DNA of 64,000 bases from an uncultured Acidobacteriota bacterium (GCA_963757655.1 CAVWSQ010000001.1:998897-1062896); one strand, 5' to 3'; counted from the stretch's first letter, positions 20,656 to 30,286 are shown. Program-made: numbers and translations. The notes: a model not told the origin generated them from the letters alone.

Positions 20656-21335
20656 AAGCGCACGAAGAGCGAGGCGCCGGCGGCGGGTGACACCTTCGAC
20701 CCGCCGTCGACCGTCACGCCCGTCGATCGGACCAGCCCGCGGAGATCGGCGCGGACGCCAATGCCTCTGGTATGAAGGCGCCGGGTCGCCACCAGGAGCG
20801 AACTGACGCCTCCTCCGAACTGGTAATAGTGACCGGCATCCACCAGTGTTGCCTGCTCGTGCAAGTGTCGGAGGTATCCGGCTCCCGCTGTCGCAAATGG
20901 TGCAAACCTCGGCGACCACCGGCGCCCCGGCAAGCGCCAAATCAGATTGCCGCCCATCGTGAACTGCTGAATCGTTTCGACGGCCGTCACCGCAGCGGCG
21001 CCTTCAGTGTCCCCGCTGACGGCGATGCGCAGCTGGGGCTTCAGATACGAGGCCTCGGCTTCCACCGCCAGCGAGCGAGACAGGCGGACGGCCACACGCC
21101 CGTCGACGCCCACGGCGCCAGCAAGATCGGTTGCCGTGTTGAACAGCGCCGATCTGCCACCCGCACTGGTCGTCTCCGTTGCGGTCCTGGCTCCCAGCTG
21201 CTCGCCGCCGATCCATCGAACGCCGGCTCCCAGCTCGAGCCGTGATGCCGGCTCCGCGGTCTGCGCCGCCACGGTGAACGCCGCCAGGCTCAACGCCCCG
21301 GTCATCAGGACTACAACGCTTCGGGCGCGACTCAC
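20652..21335 (-). CDS. Outer-membrane beta-barrel protein (porin-family-like)
   Basis: Signal peptide ...SLAAFTVAAQTA, alternating beta-strand pattern, C-terminal ...ASLFVRF (terminal Phe). Confidence 0.65.
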   Translation of the reverse strand: MSRARSVVVLMTGALSLAAFTVAAQTAEPASRLELGAGVRWIGGEQLGARTATETTSAGGRSALFNTATDLAGAVGVDGRVAVRLSRSLAVEAEASYLKPQLRIAVSGDTEGAAAVTAVETIQQFTMGGNLIWRLPGRRWSPRFAPFATAGAGYLRHLHEQATLVDAGHYYQFGGGVSSLLVATRRLHTRGIGVRADLRGLVRSTGVTVDGGSKVSPAAGASLFVRF

Positions 21336-22333
21336 TTGCGCACAACCTTCACCGCGACCTCGCCGCTGTCGCCGCCCTTCGGGACGACCACGGCGCGATC
21401 GAGGAACGTCACGCGGAAGTCGGTGTCGACCACGTGCGAGCTGTCGAAAAAACTATCCGTGTCTGCATCGTCGAGCGGCTCGACCCGGACCACGTGCGGG
21501 CCAGGCGAGAGGCCGCCGATCGAAAATTGACCGTCGGCGTTCAACGTGAAGCTCCCGACCAGGGTGCCGGTCGCAGCGTTGAACGCCACGACGTGGGCGC
21601 CGAACAGCGGCTGCCCGTCCCTGGTGACGCGTCCAGACAAGCTGCCGTCCGTCGTCTTGAAGTCACCGTCGGGATACAGGTCGGAGATGCCGGCGATGTC
21701 GTCGGCCTTGAGAGTGCGCGCCGCGATGCTGCCAGAGGCGAAGGCGATTGGAAACATTACCGCCTCTGCGGAGAGTACGCGGCGTCCGCCGCTGCTGATC
21801 AATTCGGTTTCTCCGAGTGCCGAGTGGCCGAGTCCGCTGAAATGGCCGATCTCGTGGAGGGCAATGCTTTCGAGATCGTAGCGGCCGGATTCGCCCGCCG
21901 CCGCGGTGGACCAGGAAAACGCAGAGTTGAAGAGGATGTCCGACTCGATCAGCGCCCCGGTCGAGGAATCGACCAGAAAGCTGGTCTGCGCCAGCACGCG
22001 ATCGAGATCCGGCCGGTTTCGAAAGCCGAGCACTGACGACCCGTCATCGCTTCCCGGCGCCGCCGACGTCACGCCGGCCAGCTGATAGCTGATCGACGCG
22101 GTTGGCACCGCCTCCCAGGTCGCGAAGGCACGGCCCACTGCATTTTGAAAATCCGTGGCGGAAACGCCCGGCACGCCACTGTTGGACACGAAGTAGCGCA
22201 CCGGCGTCTGAGCCCACTTGACGGTGACCTGCTGTCCTCTGATCGGCACGCCGAATTTGAGGTAGGCGAACGCCGGCGCCGACTGTCCGAGCATCATCGC
22301 GGCGGCAACCGTTGACGCGAGCAACCGCGTCAT
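21332..22333 (-). CDS. Matrixin (M10) family zinc metalloprotease with a C-terminal beta-sandwich domain
   Basis: HEIGHFSGLGHS (HExxHxxGxxH), a signal peptide, and a carboxypeptidase-regulatory-like C-terminus. Confidence 0.8.
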   Translation of the reverse strand: MTRLLASTVAAAMMLGQSAPAFAYLKFGVPIRGQQVTVKWAQTPVRYFVSNSGVPGVSATDFQNAVGRAFATWEAVPTASISYQLAGVTSAAPGSDDGSSVLGFRNRPDLDRVLAQTSFLVDSSTGALIESDILFNSAFSWSTAAAGESGRYDLESIALHEIGHFSGLGHSALGETELISSGGRRVLSAEAVMFPIAFASGSIAARTLKADDIAGISDLYPDGDFKTTDGSLSGRVTRDGQPLFGAHVVAFNAATGTLVGSFTLNADGQFSIGGLSPGPHVVRVEPLDDADTDSFFDSSHVVDTDFRVTFLDRAVVVPKGGDSGEVAVKVVRK

Positions 22334-22875
22334 TTCGCACCTCCGGCCAGCGCACGAACCGTCTGCTCGAAATCGGCCAGGGCCATCGGCCGACGCGACA
22401 CGTCGCCGCGCACGATGCGGGTGTTGCCGCTGGCGGCCGGCAACAGGACCGGCGAGGTCACCAGCCAGCCCGACGCGTCGGCCGCGCGAGCCACGCGAAA
22501 CACCCCCTGGCTCAGTCCGAGCACATGCAGCACGCTCGGGCCGGTTGCCCCGAGGAACACGACAACGTGCTGATCGACGGCGAACTGGGGTGCACCGACG
22601 ACGATGCTCCGGAAGCGCCCGAGCTCACCCCCAGGAACGCGGAAGCGGAGCGTCGATCCGAACCCGCCTTTCAGGTAGCCTTCCACTTCGAGCGTCACAA
22701 TCGTTTCGATCGTTCCATGGTCGTCCGTCCAGTGCGCATCCAGGGCGGCGACGCGGCCGCGGGCGATGGCCAGGGCGTCACGCGACAGCTCGCCAAGATC
22801 GGCCGGGATCAGAACGGTCGCTCGCGCGGAGACGGCCAGGGCGAGAATGCAGCAGCACATCGCAACAGTACGCAT
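22330..22875 (-). CDS. Exported protein, unknown function; first gene of the matrixin operon
   Basis: Signal peptide MRTVAMCCCILALAVSARA (ATG 22875 preferred over the track start). 4-nt overlap with the matrixin gene. Confidence 0.55.
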   Translation of the reverse strand: MRTVAMCCCILALAVSARATVLIPADLGELSRDALAIARGRVAALDAHWTDDHGTIETIVTLEVEGYLKGGFGSTLRFRVPGGELGRFRSIVVGAPQFAVDQHVVVFLGATGPSVLHVLGLSQGVFRVARAADASGWLVTSPVLLPAASGNTRIVRGDVSRRPMALADFEQTVRALAGGAK

Positions 22876-22988
22876 GCACTCAGTGTGACACAGAGACAAC
22901 CAGGCCCGTAATCGCCGCGCCTCTTGAACACATCGCGCCCTTTGCCACCGACGACGAGATCGGCACGAGGAGGTCGTCAATGATGCTC

Positions 22989-24170
22989 TTACTTCGGTGT
23001 TCCGGCTGTCCTCGCGCCTGATGTTCCCGCGCGCTCCTGGATGACCCGCAGAATCGCCTCCGCAGCGCGCCGGCTTGCACCGGGGCCGCCCAGGCGCGCG
23101 CGGACGATCGCGAGTCCCTCATGAATCCGTGCGGCGCGCTCGCGGTCGGTGAGCAGGGAGATTGCCTCACGCGCCACCGCCGCTGGCGTGAAGGCGCCCT
23201 GCACGAACTCCGGCGCGATCTTTTCACCGGCGATCAGGTTCACCATCCCGATCGTATCGAGGCTGACCACCCGCCGCGCGAGCTGATAAGAAAGCGGCGC
23301 CATGCGATAGACCACGACCATCGGCGTGTCGTGGAGCGCAGCCTGGACGGTAGCGGTGCCGGACGCCGTCAAGGCGATGTCGGCCGACGCCAGCACGGTA
23401 TCGGTGTCGCCCTCGACGAGCGCGAACAATCCGGCCTCGTGATGCAAGCGGACGGCGTCGAACAGCCGGTCGTCGAGATGGGGGGCGCGCGCGACGACGA
23501 ACTGCGCCGCTGCAACGTCGCGTCGAATCAGATGCGCCGCCGACATCAGGTCGGGCAGGATGCGCGACACCTCGTTGGGCCGGCTGCCCGGCAGGATCGC
23601 CACGGTTGGCGCGGGCGGCGTCAGCCCGAGTGAACTCAGGAAGGATTCGCGCGTTGTCGCCGGCTTGGCCAGATCGATCAGAGGGTGACCGACGAACTCG
23701 ACCGGGACACCGCCCTTCACATAGATCGGTTCCTCGAACGGAAAGATCACCAGCACCCGATCGGCGATGTGACGGATGGTGGCGAGACGTCCGGGGCGGG
23801 ACGCCCAAATCTGCGGGCTGATGTAGTAGATCACCGGCACGCCGAGCCGCCTGATCGCGGGCGCCAGGCGGAAGTTGAAGCCGGAAAAGTCAATCAGCAC
23901 CAGCGCGTCTGGCCGTTCCGACTGTGCCGCCGCGACCAGTCGCCGCCGTGCCGCCAGCAGACGCGGCAGCTTGGGAATCCACTCGGTGAGGCCGGTGACG
24001 GCGAGCTCGCGATAGTCGTCGACCAGCCGGCCGCCAGCGCCGGCAAACTGCGGGCCGCCGAGACCTGAGATGGCGAGCGAGGGATCGAGTTCCAGCAGCG
24101 CGCGGGTCAGCGCTCCGGCGTAGAGATCGCCGGAGGCTTCGCCGCAGGACAGGAGAAGACGCGCGCTCAA
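22989..24170 (-). CDS. lpxB: Lipid-A-disaccharide synthase LpxB
   Basis: N-terminal SCGEASGDLYAGAL; length and layout typical. 4-nt overlap with the upstream M16 gene. Confidence 0.93.
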   Translation of the reverse strand: MSARLLLSCGEASGDLYAGALTRALLELDPSLAISGLGGPQFAGAGGRLVDDYRELAVTGLTEWIPKLPRLLAARRRLVAAAQSERPDALVLIDFSGFNFRLAPAIRRLGVPVIYYISPQIWASRPGRLATIRHIADRVLVIFPFEEPIYVKGGVPVEFVGHPLIDLAKPATTRESFLSSLGLTPPAPTVAILPGSRPNEVSRILPDLMSAAHLIRRDVAAAQFVVARAPHLDDRLFDAVRLHHEAGLFALVEGDTDTVLASADIALTASGTATVQAALHDTPMVVVYRMAPLSYQLARRVVSLDTIGMVNLIAGEKIAPEFVQGAFTPAAVAREAISLLTDRERAARIHEGLAIVRARLGGPGASRRAAEAILRVIQERAGTSGARTAGTPK

Positions 24171-26416
24171 GAACCGGGGCGTTTGAACAGCGCGGGATCG
24201 AGCGGCTTGTTGATCTGGACGTCGATCGCGCGGCGCTCAACCGACAAGGCGCCGACGGTTCGCTGCGACTGAAACGACACCTGAATGCCGTCCACCGGAC
24301 GGTAGTCGGAAAACGTTTCCTGGACGAGGGGGCGGCCGGGCGCATCGGCGACGAAGGTCTGCTTGGTAATCAGGTTGGTCGCTGGATCGATAGACAGGAC
24401 GATCGGGTCGAGATCCGGGGCGGAGAGTTCGAGCGTGTGGGTCAGATGTCCGTCGGCGTCCTTGACGTCGGGCAGCAGGCGGGGCGTCAGCGTGCCGTTC
24501 TTGGCCGCCAGCAGCAGGGCGATGACATCACGACGCATGCTCGCCCGCGCATCGCGCGCCATCGGCGCGCCGCCGTCCCGCACGCCGTGCGGATCCTTCA
24601 GCCACGCCATCGAGCCGTCGTAGCCCTGCGTCATCGTCGGCGTCTCGATGCGGAAGTGATCGGGGTACTGGATGTAGTTGGTGGTCTCGGACTGCGGCCG
24701 GTTCTCGGAGTCGCGGTTGATCAACGTCTGCCTGGCGACGATGGTTTTGAGGCTTCTCAGTCTGTCAACACCGCCCTTGGCCGCGACGGCACGGTCGAGC
24801 AGCGCGATCGCGCCGTCACGATCCTCCGGACGCGCATCCTGGGATGGCCGACTCGCGAGCGGCGCCTGCTGATAGTGCCAACCGGGCCTGGCGAGGCGGG
24901 CCGCCAGCACGCTGCCCGCGCCGCCGGCTTGGTTGTCGGCCTTGACCGCGATCCGTTTGAAGTTGGCCGCGGTCAAATCGAGATCCGGGAGCTCGATGGT
25001 CTCGAACGTAGCGAAACCGACGCCGCGCAGCTGCGACGCGAATGCGGCGGCGTTGCCGACCAGGACGACGGACAACCGATCCGGTTTGAGCAGCGCCTTC
25101 GCCACCCGCTGGATGTCGTCCGGCGTGACTGCGTTCACCCGCTCGCGAAAGTTCTGCAGCTGGTCGAGCGGCAGGCCGTAGAACAGCGCGTTGACGACCT
25201 GCATCGCGATCGACTCGGGGGTTTCGATGGTCAACGGAAAGCTGCCGGTGAGATACGCCTTCGCACCGTCGAGTTCGCGCTCGCCGACGCGCTCGCGCTG
25301 CAGACGCCAGAACTCATCGACGATCAACCGCAGGACTTCGCCGGTGGCCTCGGACCGCGTGTTGGTCTCGGCTTCGAAATCGCCGCTCTCCTTCAGCGTG
25401 TCCATGTTTGCCTGCGCGCCGTAGGTGAGGCCGCGCTCGGTGCGCAACACCTGGTGGAGTCGATTGCTGCCCTCGCCTCCCAGGATGCGGATGGCGAGGT
25501 TGACGGCCATGTAGTCGGGATGCGTTCGCGGAATCCCGATGTGTCCGACTCGCACCTCGGTCTGCACCGCGTCCGGCTTGTTGACCACGACGACCCGTCG
25601 GGTCGGATCGGGCGGGCCGATGAAGGTCTGCGCCGGCAGGTCGCGCTTCTGCCAGTCGCCAAACACTTTTTTTGCGGCCGTGAAAGCTTCCTCCGCGGTC
25701 ACGTCGCCGACAATGGCGAGGATCGCGTTGTTGGGCATGAAGAAGCGGGTGTGGAATGCGACCAGATCATCGCGGGTGAGCCCGGCGATCGTCTGCGGCG
25801 TACCGCTCTCCGGCATGCCGTAGGGGTGGAAACCGTAGACCAGCCGATCGAAGACTGAGTTGGCGATGTAGCCCGGATCTTCGGCGCTGACCTTCTGGCC
25901 CGACAGCATCTGCTGCCGTTGCCGCTCGATCTCGCCGGGGTCGAAGGCCGGCTGCCGCGCCATGTCCGACAGCATCTTGAGGCCGGTGTCGAAGCTGTCC
26001 TTCATGACGACCATGTTGACGAAAGTGAGATCGGTGCCGGCGCCGGCGCCCATCGCGCCGCCAATGAAGTCGACGGCGTCGTTCATCTGATCCGCCGACA
26101 GCGTCTTGGTGCCCTGATCGAGCAGCGACGCGACCAGGTGGGCCAACCCGAGCTTTTCGCGTGGGTCGGAGGCGGTGCCCGCCCGCACCAGCAGCCGCAT
26201 CGTCACGGCCGGCTGCTCGTGGTGCATGACGACGACGACTTGGAGTCCGTTTGGCAGTGTCTGGATTTCGTAGGGCGGGAACTTGATGTCACGCGCCGGC
26301 AGCGGCTGCGGCGGGCGCTCGGTCGGCCAGTTCGCGGACTGAGCCGAGGCCCCGGCACAGATCAAGAGGGCGAACACGGCGACCAACACGCCACCGATCC
26401 CGCTCTGCGAGCGCAT
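24167..26416 (-). CDS. M16-family peptidase homologue lacking HxxEH, with about 300-aa C-terminal extra domain
   Basis: Signal peptide MRSQSGIGGVLVAVFALLICAGASA (ATG 26416). It has GLAHLVASLLDQGT where HxxEH is expected. The tail (DGSMAWLKDPHG...) looks LolA/lipoprotein-sorting-like; this is tentative. Confidence 0.8.
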   Translation of the reverse strand: MRSQSGIGGVLVAVFALLICAGASAQSANWPTERPPQPLPARDIKFPPYEIQTLPNGLQVVVVMHHEQPAVTMRLLVRAGTASDPREKLGLAHLVASLLDQGTKTLSADQMNDAVDFIGGAMGAGAGTDLTFVNMVVMKDSFDTGLKMLSDMARQPAFDPGEIERQRQQMLSGQKVSAEDPGYIANSVFDRLVYGFHPYGMPESGTPQTIAGLTRDDLVAFHTRFFMPNNAILAIVGDVTAEEAFTAAKKVFGDWQKRDLPAQTFIGPPDPTRRVVVVNKPDAVQTEVRVGHIGIPRTHPDYMAVNLAIRILGGEGSNRLHQVLRTERGLTYGAQANMDTLKESGDFEAETNTRSEATGEVLRLIVDEFWRLQRERVGERELDGAKAYLTGSFPLTIETPESIAMQVVNALFYGLPLDQLQNFRERVNAVTPDDIQRVAKALLKPDRLSVVLVGNAAAFASQLRGVGFATFETIELPDLDLTAANFKRIAVKADNQAGGAGSVLAARLARPGWHYQQAPLASRPSQDARPEDRDGAIALLDRAVAAKGGVDRLRSLKTIVARQTLINRDSENRPQSETTNYIQYPDHFRIETPTMTQGYDGSMAWLKDPHGVRDGGAPMARDARASMRRDVIALLLAAKNGTLTPRLLPDVKDADGHLTHTLELSAPDLDPIVLSIDPATNLITKQTFVADAPGRPLVQETFSDYRPVDGIQVSFQSQRTVGALSVERRAIDVQINKPLDPALFKRPGS

Positions 26417-26430
26417 GTAACCCGGGGCGC

Positions 26431-27786
26431 TCACTGGGCCGCCTTGCCTGATGGCATCAGCGTGAGCACCAGCCGGTTTTCCGCCCGGAAGTAGGTCTTG
26501 GCCACACGCTGCACCTCGGCAGCGGTCATGTTCTGGAAGATGTCGAACTCGGCATCGGCGGTCTTGATGTCGTTGTGGATCACGACCGCGTGCGACAGCT
26601 GCCCGGCCTTCTGCTGATCCGACTCGCGCCCCATGATGTAATCGCGCGCGAACTGGTTCTTCGCGCGCTGCAGCTCGTGCGCCGTGATGGGCTCGGCTTT
26701 GAGACGATCGAGCTCCGCAATCAGCGTGTCCGCCACTTCTTGAGTCGAGTGTCCGGGCTGCACGATGGCCACGGCGTAGAACAGGTTCGGATCCTCGATC
26801 AGGTTGGCGTTGCCGAACGCAGCGACCGCCATTTGCTTCTCGTAGACCAGCTTCTTGTAGATCCGTGAGGTCTGACCGTCGGACAACACCTTGGCGGCAA
26901 TGTGCAGCGGATAGGAGTCGGGATTGCCATCCTTGGTGACATGGTAGGCCACTACCACCGCCGGAAGCGGCCACGGCTCCTGCAGCGTGACCCGTTTCTC
27001 TTTGGTCTGCGGCGGTTCCTGGGGAATGTCGCGCGGCACGGCACGATCCGATTTCGGCACGCGGCCAAGGTAGTTGTTGACCAGAGTCAAGGCCTGGGCG
27101 GTTTCGAAGTCGCCTACGATCACCAGCGTCGCATTGGCGGGCACGTAGAAGGTCTTGTAGAAGTCGCGCACGTCTTCAACCGACGCCGCTTCGAGATCTT
27201 CCATGCTGCCGATGGTGGCGTGTTTGTACGGGTGTACGGTGAACGCCTGGTCGTAGATGATCTCGTTCAACCGGCCGTAGGGCTGGTTGTCGATGCGCAT
27301 GCGACGCTCTTCCTTGACGACGTCGCGTTCATTGGCAAAGGTGTCCTTGTCGATTCTCAGCGTCGCCATGCGATCCGCTTCGAGCCACAGCGTGAGCGGC
27401 AGATACTGCGCCGGCACCGTCTCCCAGAAGACGGTCTCGTCGTCTGTCGTATAGGCGTTGCTCTGCCCGCCGACCGAGGCGAGCATCGACGTGTGGGCCT
27501 CGGGCTGAACGTTCTTGGAACCCTTGAACATCAGGTGCTCGAACAGGTGTGCGAAGCCGGTGCGGCCGGGCCGTTCGTTCTTCGATCCGACGTGATAGTC
27601 CAGCTGCACGTGGACGATCGGCGTCGAGTGATCCTCGGACAGGACAACCGTGAGCCCGTTCGGCAGCGTGGTGATTTCGTACTGAAGCTTTGGCGGACGG
27701 GAGGCCGCGAGCGTCGGCTGGGTGGCGATGGAAAGCACGCCGCCGGCCAGCAACGCCGCGGCCAGGACACGAGGGAGCCTGACCAT
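26431..27786 (-). CDS. M16-family zinc peptidase (active-site subunit)
   Basis: GFAHLFEHLMFKGS (HxxEH). Signal peptide MVRLPRVLAAALLAGGVLSIA. An alternative ATG lies at 27804. Confidence 0.88.
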   Translation of the reverse strand: MVRLPRVLAAALLAGGVLSIATQPTLAASRPPKLQYEITTLPNGLTVVLSEDHSTPIVHVQLDYHVGSKNERPGRTGFAHLFEHLMFKGSKNVQPEAHTSMLASVGGQSNAYTTDDETVFWETVPAQYLPLTLWLEADRMATLRIDKDTFANERDVVKEERRMRIDNQPYGRLNEIIYDQAFTVHPYKHATIGSMEDLEAASVEDVRDFYKTFYVPANATLVIVGDFETAQALTLVNNYLGRVPKSDRAVPRDIPQEPPQTKEKRVTLQEPWPLPAVVVAYHVTKDGNPDSYPLHIAAKVLSDGQTSRIYKKLVYEKQMAVAAFGNANLIEDPNLFYAVAIVQPGHSTQEVADTLIAELDRLKAEPITAHELQRAKNQFARDYIMGRESDQQKAGQLSHAVVIHNDIKTADAEFDIFQNMTAAEVQRVAKTYFRAENRLVLTLMPSGKAAQ

Positions 27787-27911
27787 ATGGTTCGATTCTC
27801 TCATGGTCGCCTGGGTTGGTCGCGGCCGATGTCGTTCCGGCGCGTTGGAGCGGCCGCTCCGTGGCGGCGACGCCAAGTCAGGCACCATGTAGAGCGCGGA
27901 TTTCACGTCTT

Positions 27912-28335
27912 TCGTAGCGGCCGGCCCTCGCGAGTTCTCGTAGCGGCCGGCCTTCAGGCCGGCCGAGTGAGCGACGGGCTGAAGCCCGTCGCCTACGTAC
28001 CGCCCGGAAAAAGTTGTGGCCGACCGGAGCGAGTCTTCGTAGCGGCCGCCCTCGCGAGTCTTCGTAGCGGCCGGCCCTCGCGAGTCTTCGTAGCGGCCGC
28101 CCTCGCGAGTCTTCGTAGCGGCCGGCCTTCAGGCCGGCCGAGTGGAGCGACGGGCTGAAGCCCGTCGCCTACGTACCGCCCGGAAAAAGCCGAGTGGAGC
28201 GACGGGCCGAAGCCCGTCGCCTACGTACCGCCCGGAAAAAGTTGTGGCCGATCGGAGCGAGTCTTCGTGGCGGCCGGCCCTTGCGAGTTCTCGTAGCGGC
28301 CGGCCTTCAGTCGCCTGCGTATCGCCTGAAACACG
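27912..28335. repeat. Modular REP-like intergenic repeat array
   Basis: Five copies of a 23-24 nt module TCGTAGCGGCCG(G)CCCTCGCGAGT at 27912, 28037, 28062, 28088 and 28265. There are also three 22-nt hairpins GCGACGGGC-yGAA-GCCCGTCGC at 27971, 28147 and 28199, flanked by GGCCGGCC...GGCCGGCC and CTACGTACCGCCCGGAAAAAG. Confidence 0.9.
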
Positions 28336-28385
28336 CTCTGTGCCGGCCGCTGGCGGGATGTCCGCGCTTCTCGTGAGCAGGCCGA

Positions 28386-29219
28386 CTAGCGGCTCAGGAG
28401 CCGGAAACCCAGAAGTCCCCATCGTTGAGACAGTCGATCCAATGGATCGGCGTCCACCCGCTTTTCGTACCCGGCGAAAATCTCGAGCGCGCCCGCCCGA
28501 CCGGTGATTCGCACACCGCCCTCGACCAGCGCGCCGGCCTGCGTCCCGCGATCGGCAACCAGGTCGTTGACCAGGAACACCTTCCCTGAACCGTGCGCAA
28601 ACACGGCAACCCGCTCGTTGACGGGGTGGCGCACCAGCACCTGTGCTTCACCCAGCCAGGTGTAGTCGACGTACGAATGCTGAACCGCGCGGCCGCCCTC
28701 GACGTCCAGATCGACCGAGGTCGTCCCGACTGTCTGGCGCCGCATCACGCGCGCGCCAATCTCGTTGTAGGCGACGGCAAACTCCTTCGGCCGATCGCTG
28801 AGGTGCCTTGAGACGTGGTGAAAGATGCCGGCGACTTCCGTGTCCGGCGCGACTCGCGCCGAGACAAAACCCTCGAGCAGGTAGCTGGCCTGATTCGGAT
28901 CGAAGGGCCGGTACTCGCTGCCCATCACTGCCTGATAGTCCACCGTCACGCCGAGCCGCGCGACGACGAGATCCGCGAAATCGAATGACCCGCCAAACCG
29001 GCTGTCCCACGAGAAACGTTCATCGGCAACGGGCGGCGCCGGCGTCGGCGTCGACGGCATCAGCGACGCGATCGTGAGATGGAAGTCGTAACGGGTAAGG
29101 AATTCCGGCGCAGCCGGCGCCGGCGCGACGATGGGTTGTGTGTCCTGGGCGGTGGAATGGGCGGCGAAGATGAGTGTGAAGCACGCGGCGAGAGCTATCG
29201 ATCCTGGTCTGTCTGACAT
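28386..29219 (-). CDS. Exported protein, possibly an OM beta-barrel; unknown function
   Basis: Signal peptide ...ALAACFTLIFAAHSTAQ and amphipathic strand pattern. Its start overlaps the lpxD 3' end by 25 nt. Confidence 0.55.
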   Translation of the reverse strand: MSDRPGSIALAACFTLIFAAHSTAQDTQPIVAPAPAAPEFLTRYDFHLTIASLMPSTPTPAPPVADERFSWDSRFGGSFDFADLVVARLGVTVDYQAVMGSEYRPFDPNQASYLLEGFVSARVAPDTEVAGIFHHVSRHLSDRPKEFAVAYNEIGARVMRRQTVGTTSVDLDVEGGRAVQHSYVDYTWLGEAQVLVRHPVNERVAVFAHGSGKVFLVNDLVADRGTQAGALVEGGVRITGRAGALEIFAGYEKRVDADPLDRLSQRWGLLGFRLLSR

Positions 29220-30253
29220 GCGGCGAGCTTCTCCTCGAGTTCGACGATGCGTTGCTCGAGCTCTTCAAGACGTTTCTTCATCGACGGCAGGTGGCGGAAC
29301 ACCACCGATGCCTTGCGCCAGCCGCCGTGTGCAAACGCCGGCGACCCGGTGACAAAAGCGCCGGCGTCCACGGAGTGCAGCACCGCGCTCTTGGCACCGA
29401 CCACGACCTTGTCACCGACAGTGATATGTCCGGTCACACCAGTCTGCCCCGCCATCATCACATCGTCGCCGACGATGGTGCTGCCGGCGATGCCAACCTG
29501 GGCCGCGAGGAGCACGCGACGGCCGATCGCGACCCCGTGTCCGACGTGCACGAGGTTGTCGATTTTGGTGCCGGCGCCGATGCGCGTCTCGCCGAGCGCC
29601 GGGCGATCGATGGTCGAGTTCGCGCCAATCTCGACGTCGTCCTCGATGACGACGTCGCCGTGCTGAGGAATCTTGAGGTGGGTGCCGTCCTTCTGGCGCG
29701 CGAAGCCGTAGCCATCACTGCCGACAACCACCCCGTCGTGCAGCGTGACGCGATCGCCGAGCACGACGCGATCGCGAATCGAAGTGTGCGCGTGGAGGAT
29801 GCAGTCGGCTCCGATTCGCGCTCCGGCGCCGATCACCACGTTGGGATGCACGACCGTGCGTGCGCCAATCGCCGCGCCGGCGCCAACCGTGACGAACGGT
29901 CCGATCGACACGTCGCCGGCGATCCGGGCGTCGCTGGCAATCGCGCTCAGCGCGTCGATGCCGCCGGTGGCGTGCGCGGCCGGAGCGAACAAGGTGACCG
30001 CATGTGCCAGAGTGGAATATGGATCGTCGGTGTGCAGCACCGGACAGCTCACCTGAGGCGCGTCGCCTTTGGTGGGGCCCATGATCACCGCCGATGCCCG
30101 CGTGGTTGCCAGCTTGGACAGATATCGGGCGCTGGCCACGAACGTCAGATCGCCGGGCCCGGCTTTGTGCACGGCCGCGACGCGGACGATGTCCACATCG
30201 CCGTCGCCCTCCAGGCTGCACTGCAATCGATCCGCGATGTCCCGTAGTTTCAA
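29195..30253 (-). CDS. lpxD: UDP-3-O-acylglucosamine N-acyltransferase LpxD
   Basis: N-terminal MKLRDIADRL...DLTFVASARYLSKL, long left-handed-helix hexapeptide repeats, C-terminal helix. Confidence 0.93.
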   Translation of the reverse strand: MKLRDIADRLQCSLEGDGDVDIVRVAAVHKAGPGDLTFVASARYLSKLATTRASAVIMGPTKGDAPQVSCPVLHTDDPYSTLAHAVTLFAPAAHATGGIDALSAIASDARIAGDVSIGPFVTVGAGAAIGARTVVHPNVVIGAGARIGADCILHAHTSIRDRVVLGDRVTLHDGVVVGSDGYGFARQKDGTHLKIPQHGDVVIEDDVEIGANSTIDRPALGETRIGAGTKIDNLVHVGHGVAIGRRVLLAAQVGIAGSTIVGDDVMMAGQTGVTGHITVGDKVVVGAKSAVLHSVDAGAFVTGSPAFAHGGWRKASVVFRHLPSMKKRLEELEQRIVELEEKLAACQTDQDR

Positions 30254-30286
30254 AACGTTAGCGTCGAGTATATAACACGCTTGCGC

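Noticed and set aside
24167-26974. Longest-ORF N-terminal extensions (24167..26974, 18093..19769, 34169..35260, 35604..37586, 48738..49859, 51392..52636, 30879..33023).
   Set aside because: The extensions overlap the upstream gene and have Arg/Gly-rich composition. Internal starts give proper signal peptides or conserved N-termini, often with ATGA/4-nt coupling.
27912-28335. Could the repeat array be a CRISPR?
   Set aside because: The 23-24-nt modules are directly adjacent (only a 2-nt gap) or separated by other repeated modules, not by unique spacers of constant length. No cas genes are in the window. The modules are themselves palindromic, like REP elements.
28142-28507. ORF-track proteins running through the repeat array and the 33.1-kb copy (28142..28507, 28194..28376, the tail of 26902..28158, the N-terminus of 33047..34138).
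   Set aside because: They are translations of repeated hairpin DNA (reiterated RSGRPS/VAAALASL strings). The nfo N-terminus aligns only from about 33233.
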